Source of the DNA: Lepidodermella squamata
Lineage: Eukaryota > Animalia > Gastrotricha
Assembly: GCA_047495785.1 (NCBI GenBank)
Contig: JBLDXI010000012.1
Location: 1,054,001 to 1,118,000 of the forward strand
DNA length: 64,000 nt
Direction: 5' to 3'
The first letter of the stretch is position 1. Every line of letters starts with the position of its first letter. This document shows positions 11,230-23,580 of the stretch, one piece after another. The notes under the pieces are model-generated. The model was not told where the DNA came from, did no database searches, and worked only from the letters and a program-made list of their open reading frames with translations. The translations under genes were made by a program, and so were the position numbers.

Positions 11230-13287
11230 AACGTTGTCAGACCCGTAAGCGCCGAAAGCGTGACCTATCTATTACAGATAGAATGCTAAATTTATTTCAG
11301 TTCAGCGGCAGTAATTCGATGGCGCTCATTGCAAACATCCAAAGGTAAGTCACACGGATTAAATTTACTACGATTTTGTAATAACGCACCAAATTGGCTG
11401 GCTCGTGCCGAACTAAGACGAACTTTTCGATGGTCATGCCTTAGATTTAATTTCTCGGCCGTTATCTTTTAGTCAGAAACCGCGGCCTTTCGACAATTCG
11501 CGTGGCTATTCTGCCGAATGCGTGGACTTCATCATGTCACTCATTGACAACCGTCCAACAATCGATCAAGCACTTGATCATCATTTCTTGGCTAAACCGC
11601 CAACAACCGAAGAAGAAGCCATCAAGGTATATGTACTATCATCTAAAAATTGTAAGATATGCCTACTTTGCCTAATAATTTAAATGCTTTTTAAAGGAAT
11701 TCGTACGATGCGGATGTGAAAATGACGCAGCGAGAATGTCCCGACTGCTGTTATGCTGTGACCCTTATCTGGGTGTGGATGTCAACGGCAAATACTGGGA
11801 AAACGAAGAAACTGCACTTCATTATGCAGCGAAGGAAGGCAATGTCAAAATTATTCAACTTCTGGCCGATAACTTCGAAGCCGATGTCAACGCGGCTGAC
11901 AAAGATGGCTGGACACCATTGCACTGCGCGGGCAAAAATGGCTATGCTGACGTCGTGGAACTACTAGCTGGCAGGTTCAACGCTGACGTCAATGCGGAAA
12001 ATAACGAGGGAAAGACGCCATTGCACTATGCCGCGAAATACGGCAAAGATGACGTTGTGAAGCTCCTGGCGGGCAGGTTCAATGCCGACGTCAACGTAAC
12101 TGATAAGGATGGCTGGACGCCATTGCTCTATGCCGTCAAATGTGGCAAATCAGAAGTCGTGGAACTGCTGGCTGGCAGGTTCAAAGCTGACATCAACACG
12201 ACCGATAAGGATGGCTTGACACCAATGCATTATGCCGTCAAATGTGGCAAAGCAGCAATCGTTGGAATGCTGGCGCGCAGGTTTACAGACCAAGTCAACG
12301 CGGCTGATAAAGATGGCTGCACGCCACTGCACTATGCCGTCAAATATGTCGAGGCAGAAATCGTGGAACTGCTGGCTGCCAGGTTCAACGCCGACGTCAA
12401 CGCGGTAAACAACGAGGGCAAGACGCCATTGCACTATGCCGCCCAGAATGGCCATGTCGACGTTATCGTGGCACTGCTGGCGCGTAACTTCAAAGCCGAC
12501 GTAAATGCAGCTGATAAAGATGGCTGGACACCACTGCACTATGCCGTCCAGAATCCTTACTATACCGGCGTTGTGGAACTGCTGGCTGGCAGGTTCAAAG
12601 CCAACGCCAACGCGGCTGATAAAAATGGTTGCACGCCACTGCATTATGCCGCCCAGATTGGCGATGCTGAATTCGCGAAATTGCTGGTGTTCACATTCAA
12701 AGCCGACGTCAACGCGGTGGATGAAAACGGTGATACACCGCTGATGAGGGCTGCTTATTTTACACAACCTTATATTGTTTTTTATCTTGTCAATGTTCTC
12801 AAAGCCGAACCAAACTTGAAAAACAAGAATGGAAAAACTGCCCTTGATTTGGCTAAAACGCCTCATTACGATGAACGGAAAAATTCTGAACAACAGCGAC
12901 GAATCGTTGAAACTCTCTCAAAATCCACCTCTACTCCTGTCAAAAAACGCTTGCTTTCATGGCTTGTAAAGAAGTTTGGTAAGTAAGGGTCGGACAGCAT
13001 GTTCCCATCAAATCTATTTTCCGTTAATCTTCGATCTTTCATGAGTTATCTATTGAGAGATCCGAGTGATCATGACGTTATGTCCTGTTCTTAGCGTCCT
13101 GCGGTTCTGAAGTACTTTGCATAAATCAAGCTATTTTCATTGCAAGCATTGTTAGTATACATGTAAATAAATGTGTTTTGTTTGTGTTTTGTTGTCGCGT
13201 TGCGGTGTTTTTAAATGCCAGGGTTCGATTCCTCATGTATGTGTCGCCGCGTTTTATGGAATTCGACGTTATGGAATTTCTTGGCGG

Positions 13288-13352
13288 TTTCGACGGCGAC
13301 CGAGTGCGAGAAGTTGCTAGAGGCCGAGTAGCTGCCGCTCTGGCTGCCCTCC
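13288..13352 (-). pseudogene. 3' remnant of the Lys/Gly/Ser-rich secreted protein gene
   Basis: Encodes GSQSGSYSASSNFSHSVAVET, matching GSKSGSYSASNNFSYSVAVET of the genes at 46139 and 53923. It sits in the same position downstream of the ankyrin exon as the 53923 copy. Confidence 0.8.
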
Positions 13353-13405
13353 GACAGGAGCGGTTCAGCAGCGCGCTATCACATTTGCCTAACACGAATC
13401 TACTA

Positions 13406-13608
13406 CCGTGGTCATGTGACGTCGATGTTGACGGAGGACGCAGGACTACCCCGATTTTTTGCCTGAAAACATCGCGAAAAAGATTGATAAAGTTTGATTT
13501 ATCATTGTTTTGATGCAGAGGCCGGGCCGAATTTCTGAATATTCGTGTTTTGTGGCTCAGGCAAAATATCGGTCCTGCGTCCGTCAACATCTACGCCACA
13601 TGACCGTG
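13406..13608. repeat. Imperfect inverted repeat / MITE-like remnant
   Basis: GGTCATGTGACGTCGATGTTGACGGA...GCCTGA (~13410-13466) pairs with TCAGGC...TCCGTCAACATCTACGCCACATGACC (~13557-13605). Confidence 0.6.
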
Positions 13609-13726
13609 GTGTTCTACCAGCTGAGCTGCCGCGGGATTTATCGGGAAATGCGAAATTGAGCAGAAATGGCTTTTTATCTCTTTCAATAAGCTTTATATAA
13701 GCAGCGATCATGCAAAAAAAAATGAG

Positions 13727-13800
13727 TGGCCACTGGGAGGATCGAACTCACGACCTTCGCGTTATTAGCACGACGCTCTAACCAACTGAGCTAAGCGGCC
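13727..13800 (-). tRNA. tRNA-Ile(AAT)
   Basis: GGCCGCTTAGCTCAGTTGG...GTGCT-AAT-AACGC...GTTCGATCC; cloverleaf and downstream T-run. Confidence 0.95.
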
Positions 13801-13878
13801 AGATGGGTTCTGTCACTCTGAAGTAGGCTGTGAGTTAGAAAATTAATTCCATGAATTACCGCGCGCTGAAAAAAATGA

Positions 13879-13951
13879 TGACCCCGACGTGACTTGAACA
13901 CGCAACCTTCTGATCTGGAGTCAGACGCTCTGCCAATTGAGCTACGGAGTC
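13879..13951 (-). tRNA. tRNA-Trp(CCA)
   Basis: GACTCCGTAGCTCAATTGG...TGACT-CCA-GATCA...GTTCAAGTC; T-run terminator. Confidence 0.95.
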
Positions 13952-14022
13952 GTTGTCTCATCTGTTTTACCGGCGTTGATAATGAACGAATGCATGCCAG
14001 TACCGGCGTAAAAAAAACTCAA

Positions 14023-14094
14023 GGGCCTGTCCGGGAATTGAACCCGGGACCTCTCGCACCCTAAGCGAGAATCATACCACTAGACCAACAGGCC
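14023..14094 (-). tRNA. tRNA-Pro(AGG)
   Basis: GGCCTGTTGGTCTAGTGG...CGCTT-AGG-GTGCG...GTTCAATTCC. Confidence 0.95.
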
Positions 14095-14164
14095 TCGCCA
14101 ACATTGTAAGAAACGTCGGCTCAGAAGCCCACCACAAAATGAAGAAGATGAACAAAAAATATTG

Positions 14165-14237
14165 AGGTCCTGCCGAGAGTCGAACTCGGGTCGCTGGATT
14201 CAAAGTCCAGAGTGCTAAACCACTACACCACAGAACC
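14165..14237 (-). tRNA. tRNA-Gln(TTG)
   Basis: GGTTCTGTGGTGTAGTGG...GGACT-TTG-AATCC...GTTCGACTC. Confidence 0.95.
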
Positions 14238-17200
14238 GGGCATGATTTGTCTGATATCCGAGCTTCAATAGCATATAGCGATACTAAGAAAATAAAACAA
14301 CTGCATTTTTTGTCAATTCGATGCCATGGCAGCTCCGATAAGTCCGAGCTTATGCCATTTTTTGGCAAACGTGATGCGAAAATCGGGATAAATTCAAGTA
14401 ATTACAACGAGACGGTATTCCTCATCGAACGTGATCTACGTTTATCATGATACTGGAGCATTATTTTACTGCAAACTTGATAATGATGACATAAGCTCAA
14501 TGATAGTTCTAGATCAAATTGCGTGTTATTCGAACGAAACACGCAGGTAGGGCTCGGGTCGAGAAATTGCGGTAAATGGCAGCAGATGCGATTCAAATAC
14601 TTTAATTTCGGTTTGCACTCTAATTTTTTCATTTTGTCCGTTATTTCGGCATAAACCGAGCATGGCCTGAATTATATTATATGTGTTATGCGTGAATGAT
14701 TACAGGTTTGTCGCCTGCCTGCACCGTTCAGACTGGCTGGTTTTATTGCACTCCACTTGACACAAAATAATTATTATCGTATCACGGTCCTAAAACACGA
14801 ACGACATGTGCGTTGGTCGGATTCACACGAGCTGCTGTTGGATATAAAAAATACTATACGCATGCATGCCGCGACCATCATCACCGTAACGATGTGAGAG
14901 GGGCGCGACGAATAGGAAACACAAAAATTCACCGAGCCGTGTGCTCGCGCCCTGGAACGGCGATCAATGCAGTTAATGAGCAAGATTATTTGACCGACGC
15001 ATGACAATTTCAGACTTATATTATTACTATAACATCGCGCAACGCAGAGCTCGCGGTTGATTTGGCTAATTTCTAGGCCGACATGCACCATAGCTGCAGC
15101 TCCGGAATAAAGACACGCATCATCATCCCACAATTGGCAATGAAACGCAATAAAAACGCGTGAAATGCGGCAACATATGATACGAGCGGCGCGGTTTCTG
15201 CGCTCACTGCGCGTGCAAAAATGCACTTTCTCGTGACCTATCCTAACCAACCAAGCGTCGCGCTCGGGCACTAATGAAATCATGAACAAATTTGGGCCTT
15301 TTGAGATATAAGCCCCCCGTTGCCTGCATAATTGCCATGCTGCTCTCTTTGCGAGCCCGCGAACGGTTCACACAGAGTTCTCCTCTTGCGCGCGTGTATC
15401 CAGCCAGGCGATAATATCACAGCCGCGCCCGCTGTTACATTATTAATATATATAATAATAAGAATAGTACAACAAGTTTTATTCATCCAGCCGAGGAATT
15501 AATTGGCAACCCAATTTTGCGTGTGCAAGCCTATTAAGCCGAGATCTGCGGCTGCGTGACATTCACCGTCAAACGGTCACACTTTAACGTGTCGCGCGTC
15601 GTGCAGGGCGCGAAATTTCACCCTCTCCTGTTTTTGCTGGCCTTTCTCACGCCACATCCCGACCACCCAACCCGGCTGACATCGAACGACTTTATTATTA
15701 TTTCCATTTCGCTTCCCTTTTCCTTGCCGCGCCGACCGACATCGGTATATTTTGTTCTTGTCTGCAAGTGAATTGCAACTTGCTACCGCGCACACCGTGA
15801 CCTAGGTCTAGTAATAATAATCAAAGCCGCGCTCGAGGTCATGCCGAAAAAAGGCCCAATAAAGTTGTTTACTGCGTTTTGTGATTCGTCTTTTTCAGGT
15901 CGTCGCGTCTGTTTGAACGCAATCGATGAGGCAGCGCCCGCGTGGTCAAAACTTCCTTGCGTACCTGCTGCTGGCCCCATTATTAACGTTTTAGCTAGTC
16001 GCGCGCTCTTGCTGGAGGTGGCCTTTTAATAATAATTAAGAATAAATATATTTCGGAGCGTGTCACGCGCGTCTTTTTCGCGTGAATTTTATACACTTTA
16101 ATATTAAACTGCTTCTTGAGCTTTTGACGAGATGTCTCTACGCCCATGCCCGCGCGACAATAGCGGCGTCGGGCATCCGGCGTGGCTACTACAACTATTC
16201 GATAGTAGCCGCGGCCGCGGCCAGGTAGAGCGCGTCATACCTGCTCGCGCAAAGGCGAGCGTGATGTTAGAGCAGCCCAAAGCCGCGTGTTTGCTCCTTC
16301 TTATTCGCTTCTTTCTTTCAATTACACGCGCGTCGCGCACCTCTGCTTGACTGAGTTTTCCGTCTGCGGTGACAGTTCGCCGGTTTTAGCTTTGTGTCGT
16401 TTGTTCGTGCAGCAGCAGCGGCAGCAGCAGAAACACAACGCAGCCCAACCGACTCACCGTTTTTCGTTTACACTGCCGTTTATTGCTTTTATTACTTCAC
16501 CTGCTAGTCTATTTATAGCGAGTGCTAGTTAATAGTAATAATAATAATAACTCCGCGACGTTTGTTGATGTTTTAAAGGCTGCGGCGGCGGTGGCTACTA
16601 GTCGTAGTCGTCGTCGTCGTACATGCAATCAAATAGTCGCAGGTATTTAGGTAGGTATAGGTAATATGCCCAACGCCCAACAAGCATGATGTGACACGCT
16701 ATGTTGGCTTGTTTGTAGACGGGCTGACGCGGCCACGCTTCTGTTGCCTTTCATGTGCGTCGTGCGCAAGTTAGTTCATCCGTCGACGGCCAGGTTAGAG
16801 ACGAAGACGCCGCAACCATAAAAACGCGCGCTTATACCTTATTCGTCATGCAGATGTGCGCGCGCGCGCGTCTACACGCTTGGCAGCTTCTTGGAAAGAC
16901 CGTGAGTCTGGCTTTCTTGTGCGCGTCCACACAGGCGTGACGTTTAACACTCGACGGCTTCGACGGCCGTGTCGTAGCTGGCGCATAATTCCCTGTTGAA
17001 CTTGCACGCGTTCGCGCTCTCGAGTGCTGCTCGCATTCTTCACCAAACCGCGAGCGCGCGCGCTATTTTTTCTCTTCTCAACATCATCGCGTTGGAAAAT
17101 AGATACCGATGCCGTTTTCCGAGCGATTAAGCACACGATCGATTTTGATACAGTTGTTTTCGCACATGTCAAGCGGCGCTTAGCGTTTGTCGGCTTTTTT

Positions 17201-18657
17201 CGGCCCGATATAGCCCGTTCCACCCTGTTAGATGATCGTTTATTATGATATAAGGCACGTACGCCTGTTGACTTGTCTTGCCGCGCCATGATGAAGGTAG
17301 TAATGGTAATAAAAATAAGGTGTATTACAAGGAGGTAATATGCTTGATTGATATTATGGCCGCTTGTTTGCTTTGCACCGCTGCGCTTCGGTCCCGTAAT
17401 CTAATCCCCGTGCCGTCCCGGTCGCCTGCGTAGAGAGGTAGGTACCTCGATATATTGCGCTGCTCTTCTCGCCATGCTTCACAGCTTTCCGCGCTCCAAC
17501 TAATGCCTCCTCACCACTCTCTAACAAGACAAATCGGGCGGAACGACCAGCGTTTGCCTACTCGAGCCGCGCGCCCGCCCGTCTAATACCATGAAGGGCG
17601 CGGATTTAGGCTCGAGGCACATCACCCATATTTTCGCGCTGCAAAGGCGCGCGCATTCCCCATTTTCACGAAACGTCGCCCATTAGTTTCAATTAATTTG
17701 TGTCTCGCGCGTTTTAAACACCTTGTCAATCGCGACGGGCCATTTTGACCCGCGCGCACCGGGAGGCTATCCCAACAAAATGCACGCTCGGTTGGGCCGA
17801 CAAGCACGCCCAGGAGGCTGGCGGTGGTGGGCGCCCCTAGCAATCATCATCATACCTAGTGGACGGCAAATCGTCAGCAAACACTAGCGGATGTTGTGTT
17901 GGCATAACGGCCTCCCGCTCCCTCCCGCTGATTGCTTCTCGTAGTGTGACGCGCGCAGCCCAGTGCATCTGTCCTGCGCCTAACGCTGGTTATTGACCGA
18001 AAAGCCAGCCGGTCGACATAAATTATTTGATGACACGACGACACGACTGCCCGTCGCCATCTGTTCTGTGGGACGGCCGCACACCGTGTTGCATGGTCAC
18101 CGTTCGTTTGGCAAAATGTTATTAAACAAGATGCCGAATCGTGCGAAGAAGGCTATTGTGCGTGTAGAGCACCCTGCTCTCTCTCTCACTTCAACAGCAA
18201 TATTCAATACAGCGCACGCTCCGGACCCCGACCCGGTCGTATTTATGTTCGTTAGTTAGGTTACGTTCGCTCATGATGTGATGTCTACTGTGCTACTTCC
18301 GTGTTTTCGTTGTGCATGCGCGCACGTTTGCCCGCAGGTGGGGTTCCTACTTATCGGCCAGACTGAGCGACTCTCTTCACTGAGTTGACGCACGCCGCAC
18401 TCACTCATTTATTCAGTTCAAGGTAATACAATATTCGGCAGCTAATAAGAGCAGGGACCTACTTATTATCGCCGCCGCCTTAAAACTCCGCGCCCCTTTC
18501 GGTCATGCATTCGCCACATTAATTTTCAAATACCTCACCCTAGACGAATTTTCCGTGACAAAGCACTATTGTCAACGTGCGCAAGAAATTCAACCACTGC
18601 AATAAAAAATAACCATTCCACCTTAATATTATCTATAGACAATTTTTAAATCGAAGA

Positions 18658-20224
18658 ATGAGCGTCATGGTGTCCGTGCCACATGTTCAGCTCGATTCGA
18701 TGGTTCACGCGACGAATCATCCGAGCAGCGCGGCGTCCAGCGTCGACAACCGGTCGAACACGAGCGGCGACGATTGCCGTGATTTGACTTCAGGCCCGCA
18801 GTCTTCAATCGACGGCGCCGACGTCGAAGAAGCGGCGCAGCGGCTGATGATGATAGCCGGCGTCAAATACGAGAGCGACCTGCCGAACACGCCCAACAAC
18901 TCGTCCGATGACCGCTTTCCCATGCCTTATCGCAGCCGGAAAGGCGTTACCGTCAACCAGTACGGCCGCTCGTTCACCAACGGCCGGCCTCTTCCCGATG
19001 AACTGCGCAACAAAATTCTCGACATGGCGATGGAGGGCGTTCGGCCTTGCGAAATTTCTCGACAACTCCAGATTTCTCACGGCTGTAAGTTATTCAAACA
19101 ATTATTTTTATTTAAAATATTAATTTTTGTTAATTCAGGCGTCTCGAAAATTTTAAATCGGTACCGAAAAACCGGCACAATTAACCCTGGCCAAATTGGC
19201 GGTAGCAAGCCGAAAGTCACGACGCCTGACGTGGTGGCGCAAGTTCGTGAGTACAAGGCGCTGTCGCCGTCGATTTACGCGTGGGAAATCAAAACTCGCC
19301 TGATTCGCGACGGCATTTGCACGGAAGAAAGCGTGCCAAGCATCAGCTCAATCAACCGCATTATTCGCGACAAGTTCAGCCCGTCGGAGGCTGGCGGTGG
19401 CGGCTCGTCGTCGTCGTGCGGCTCGCGAAATGGCATGCACGGCGAAAATGACCTGTTGGACGAGCAGAATTTGAGTAATTACCCAGACGAAATGTCGCGA
19501 TCGGTCACTCCTAGTCAACTCAACGGAAAGTCGACCGGTGCTGTGCTCAATGGCTCAATGGCTTCGAATCTCCTCGTATCACCTAATCTGGTCGCACGCC
19601 GCCAATCGATGCCCGTCAAACTGCAACCGAGAGACGATTACGACGAAGAATTTAACGATGCTGGTAAGTACGATGACCTAGATTTTATGATGACCTACTT
19701 TCGAGCAATATTAAAAACTCCACCTTAAACGTATTTTTTCTTAATTTTCAAGAATAGCTATTAAAAACAGAAAAAGTCCACCTTAAAAATATTTTATTTT
19801 CATTGATAATCATTTTTTTTTTAATTTTTTTTCAGCTCTCAACTTGTCTGTGAAACGGAAATACTCTGCCGATGAATCATCGTCGCCGTCGTCGCCCAAC
19901 GGTGCGAGTGCGGCGAAAATTCAACGGCGCGCGCCTGCTAAATCTGGTCAGTCGGCGGCGGCAGGGCATCAGCCGCTTGATTTAAGCCGCGCCGAACTAA
20001 TGCCGACCCAGCAACTACCACCCGCCACTAAGCCATCGTCTCAAAAATCAGCCAAAGTGCGCGTCGGTCAGCTCGATTTGCTGGGCCAGCGATTTCAAAT
20101 GACGCGCCTCGTCGACGGCGAGAATGACGAGGTTTGGAAGCTGACAAACGTCGACGACTTCCTGACTGCGTTCCGCGCCATCCTCCTCGGCAGCGCTGCT
20201 CTGCCTCTGTTAGCTCACCGGTAA
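18658..20224 (+). CDS. Paired-box transcription factor (paired domain, no homeodomain), Pax-beta-like
   Basis: [15 protein letters not shown]...[12 protein letters not shown]...[10 protein letters not shown]...[11 protein letters not shown]. Introns at 19085-19138 and 19664-19835. C-terminal PLDLS motif. Confidence 0.93.
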
Positions 20225-20630
20225 AACTGAACCAAGTTCTTCTTCGCGAAAAAAGTCATTGTCTTCAGTCTTGTTTTCAATCAATTTTTCGTTGCTCCGA
20301 ACATGTCTTCTTCTTACTTTTTCAACTATACATGTTCTCCGAAATTGTTATACATATACGGCATATCAACTACTTATTACTCTTTATCGTGCATATTTAC
20401 ATTTTTCCCACCTCCGCCCAACAAAATTGTTTCACGGCGAAATATTATAGTCAATTGTTGGTGACTCAATTTTTGATGAGAAATTGTTACCGATGTCAGA
20501 AAAAATCGAATAAAAAACGACGGTTCTAAAACTGTGATTTTTATTACTTCGAAACGAAAAATTCCAAGATCGATGTGGTGTGAAAAATGATCATAGACCG
20601 GGCGTGTAATTCAACATCGGCAAAGTGAAA

Positions 20631-21920
20631 TTAACTCTTCTTTTTAGGATTCAGTTCTTCGAAGCATGGATGCAAGTGGATTCGTGGCTTTTTGTTCGGA
20701 TCGGCGAACTCGTGGCCTTTGGACCAGTCGTAGCCGACAGCATAAGCGAAAACATGACCGCGAGGATCGATCGTGCAAGCACTGATAGGTTGATCCATTT
20801 CGTCGCTAGTCTTGAGTCGGGTTCGGGAATCCTTGTCCCAGAATGAATAACGACCATCTGAACCGATGGTAGCAAACGTGTAGTGAGTAGGATGAAAAGC
20901 GATTCCATTAACCTGGAAAAAATCATCTTATAACATCTCAAACTTGAGAACACAAAATGAATTTACCGCAAAAATATCCTGCGTATTGGTAGCAGGTTGA
21001 ACTTGAGAACGGTGGCATTTAAAGGTGAAATTATCTTTAGCTTGAGCTGGGTCCAAATACTGGATTGCCACGCGACCTTCAATACTTCCTACGGCGAAGC
21101 CATGAGGTTGGTTGGTCTTCTTGTCATTCATAATCGCAATAGCTCGATACTGGTATTTGAGTGGCGGTTCAGTGATTTTCTTGAACTCATTAGGGCCGTT
21201 ACGCAGGTCGTAAACAATAATCTGATGATTAGCCAGACCGACAACAGCCATCGGGAAAACTACATCAGCGCAGTAAACTCGTTCCTCGAGGTTGATAACT
21301 CGAGACGGCTGCGGCGTGCGACCGTCCCAAAAACGCAACGTTTTGTCGAATGAGCCGGTCATCAAACACGCGTAGCCAGGTGCCTTGATCCAGTGGACCG
21401 TTTTGACAGCCGCATCGTGTTGGCCAATCTATTTAGAAATTTATTACAGAAAAAAAAAGAAAAAATCCCATATTGACTGACCTGCGTGTATTGATTGCTC
21501 GCAAGATCCCACATTTTAGCTGTCCGGTCGCAACCTCCAGCGAACAATTTAGTGCCATCATCGCTCCAAGAGACGTCTAAAATTGGAGCCCCATGATTTT
21601 GCATAGCTTTTGGAATAGCTTGCCCATTCTGCTGTATTTCCCAACAGTAAAGCTAAACGATAAACAAAATTAATGTTGGGAATCCGGTGATTTTTAAAAC
21701 CTACGTTACTGTCCCATCCGCCAGCAGCCAAGAAAACCTGAGGTATTACCGATGGGCTAAATTGCAGCGCCGATACTGTGTCTTGCGGTCCTTCGACTAC
21801 CGGATCGGGAGCGGCTTGTGTAGGTGTTGCGGATGTTGCGGTGGTTGTATTTGTCGTAGATCCAAACACACTCGGTGTTGAGGTGGCAGCCGTTCCGAAC
21901 GTCCCACCAAATAAAGTCAT
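20631..21920 (-). CDS. RAE1: mRNA export factor Rae1/Gle2 (WD40), 4 exons
   Basis: [63 protein letters not shown]. Confidence 0.95.
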
Positions 21921-23253
21921 TTTTCAAAGAGTAATTCCTAAATTATAATAATTCGTCAGAATAAATAAATGCGTGGCTTTAAAAACAACGGCAAATATCG
22001 ATGGTATCTCATTTCGTAAGAAAAACTAATGCCTTTAGGAAGTACTTGTTGTGGCATCGCAGAACACAGAATAGCAATGATCATCGAATAACAGGAGATC
22101 AGAGAAATATTAAACCTTTCCTTGCTCGTTGCCAAACTAACATGAGAGCTCCCAAAGGAAGGAAGACGCTGAACTACATCTTAGCTTGAGATGAAATAAC
22201 ATACTCCATTTGAATAATTTGAATAATTAATTTTCGGACGGGCAACTAGGGGATGGCTAGAAGAGCCCTCAACAACTTATACCACCAGAACCAGTCAATA
22301 GCTTCAACAGATGAAGATTACAAATTCGACATTGTATGGGATAAACTCTGCTCTCTGTGCATCGCTCATTACAGCCCAAGGAGGAACGATGAACTGCGTT
22401 TTGCCAGGGTAGCAAAATGTTCCGAACCGCCTGCGAACCTGGTTCGGATAAAGCTTGGGTAAAATTGTCGTGTTGTCTTCAGCCGAGTTCGGGAATCCTT
22501 GTCCCAGAATGAACAACGACCAGAGAAATATTATCCCAAATTCTATAGGAAATTCTATATTTTGCGGATTTATCGCTTCCCCGAAACGACATTCTCTGCG
22601 CAGGACAAATGAATACTACAATGATATCCCGATGCTTCTTGTTTCTCGATGAAGTTTTTCTTTGATAAATGGCCTCGATGGTTCGGATTAAGGTCGGGCT
22701 AGCAAATATTTCCTGCAGCTCTGCGTTTTGCGAATGATTCTAAGCCCTAGACATACCAGATACAACCAGATACACCATTCAAGCTGCCTATTTCTAACGA
22801 ATGACAGTGACGACTTGGTGCAAGTGTTCAATTCGCACGTGTACTTTTTTATTTGAAAAGGCCACGATGGGCATAAACAATATTAAACTCCTACTAAGCA
22901 ACAAATTCAGCGGGGTAAAATAGGGCTTTACTCATTACGCGTCATCAGGTGTACGGTTATTCCGAGATATGCTTCTGGGAAAATAGAAGTTTTTGCTCAA
23001 GCGTGAATAACCGCATATGAATAAAAGGCGCCAGCAGTTTTTTCGAAATATTCGCCGAAGATTTTTTTGAAAAAAGTCACATGTTGGTCATTCGATCTTC
23101 GATGTTAAATCAACTATTTATTTTATATAATTGTCACATAATTTTTATTATAATAAGCATTATTTTGTAAATAGTGGCGGTAAATTCGAAAAATACCAAA
23201 ATCAGCTGAGTTCTTTGGCGTTGGTGTAGGCACAGCGTTGTTTGACTTGAAAC

Positions 23254-23580
23254 TTCAAGCTTTATGCCTTGTACTTTACAGATTGCTTCATCTGTGGCAA
23301 ACTTCTGGCTGTTGGCTAATTGTAAATTTTACCACCTGCTACCGTTAGATGTCCTTATGCCTTATTAGATGCCGAGATATCTCTTCAATAGGCGGTTAAC
23401 AACCATGTACCACCTCACTTGATTGAGATAGTTGTTAACCGCCTATTGAAGAGATATCTCGGCATCTAATAAGGCATAAGGACATCTAACGGTAGCAGGT
23501 GGTAAAATTTACAATTAGCCAACAGCCAGAAGTTTGCCACAGATGAAGCAATCTGTAAAGTACAAGGCATAAAGCTTGAA
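23254..23580. repeat. Perfect long inverted repeat: 150-bp arms (23254-23403, 23431-23580), 27-bp spacer
   Basis: The arms are reverse complements; the spacer sequence recurs at ~23585-23630 and ~23668-23689. Confidence 0.95.

Larger units (their letters stand above)
1..12986 (+). pseudogene. Ser/Thr kinase (NEK-like) + ankyrin-repeat gene, copy 1; 5' end outside the window, split by a transposon, catalytic motifs altered
   Basis: Exons are colinear with the paralogue at 48366-53531. The catalytic loop reads HRDVTPKN (paralogue HRDIKPKN) and DFG reads EFG, followed by a 6-nt deletion. The ...YELANVV/RP exon is interrupted at 752/11230. The ankyrin exon 11697-12986 is still open (10 TPLH-type repeats). 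Confidence 0.85.

Noticed and set aside
14774-18259. Numerous 60-170 aa ORFs upstream of the Pax gene
   Set aside because: No domain motifs, codon bias or consistent splice structure; treated as non-coding.
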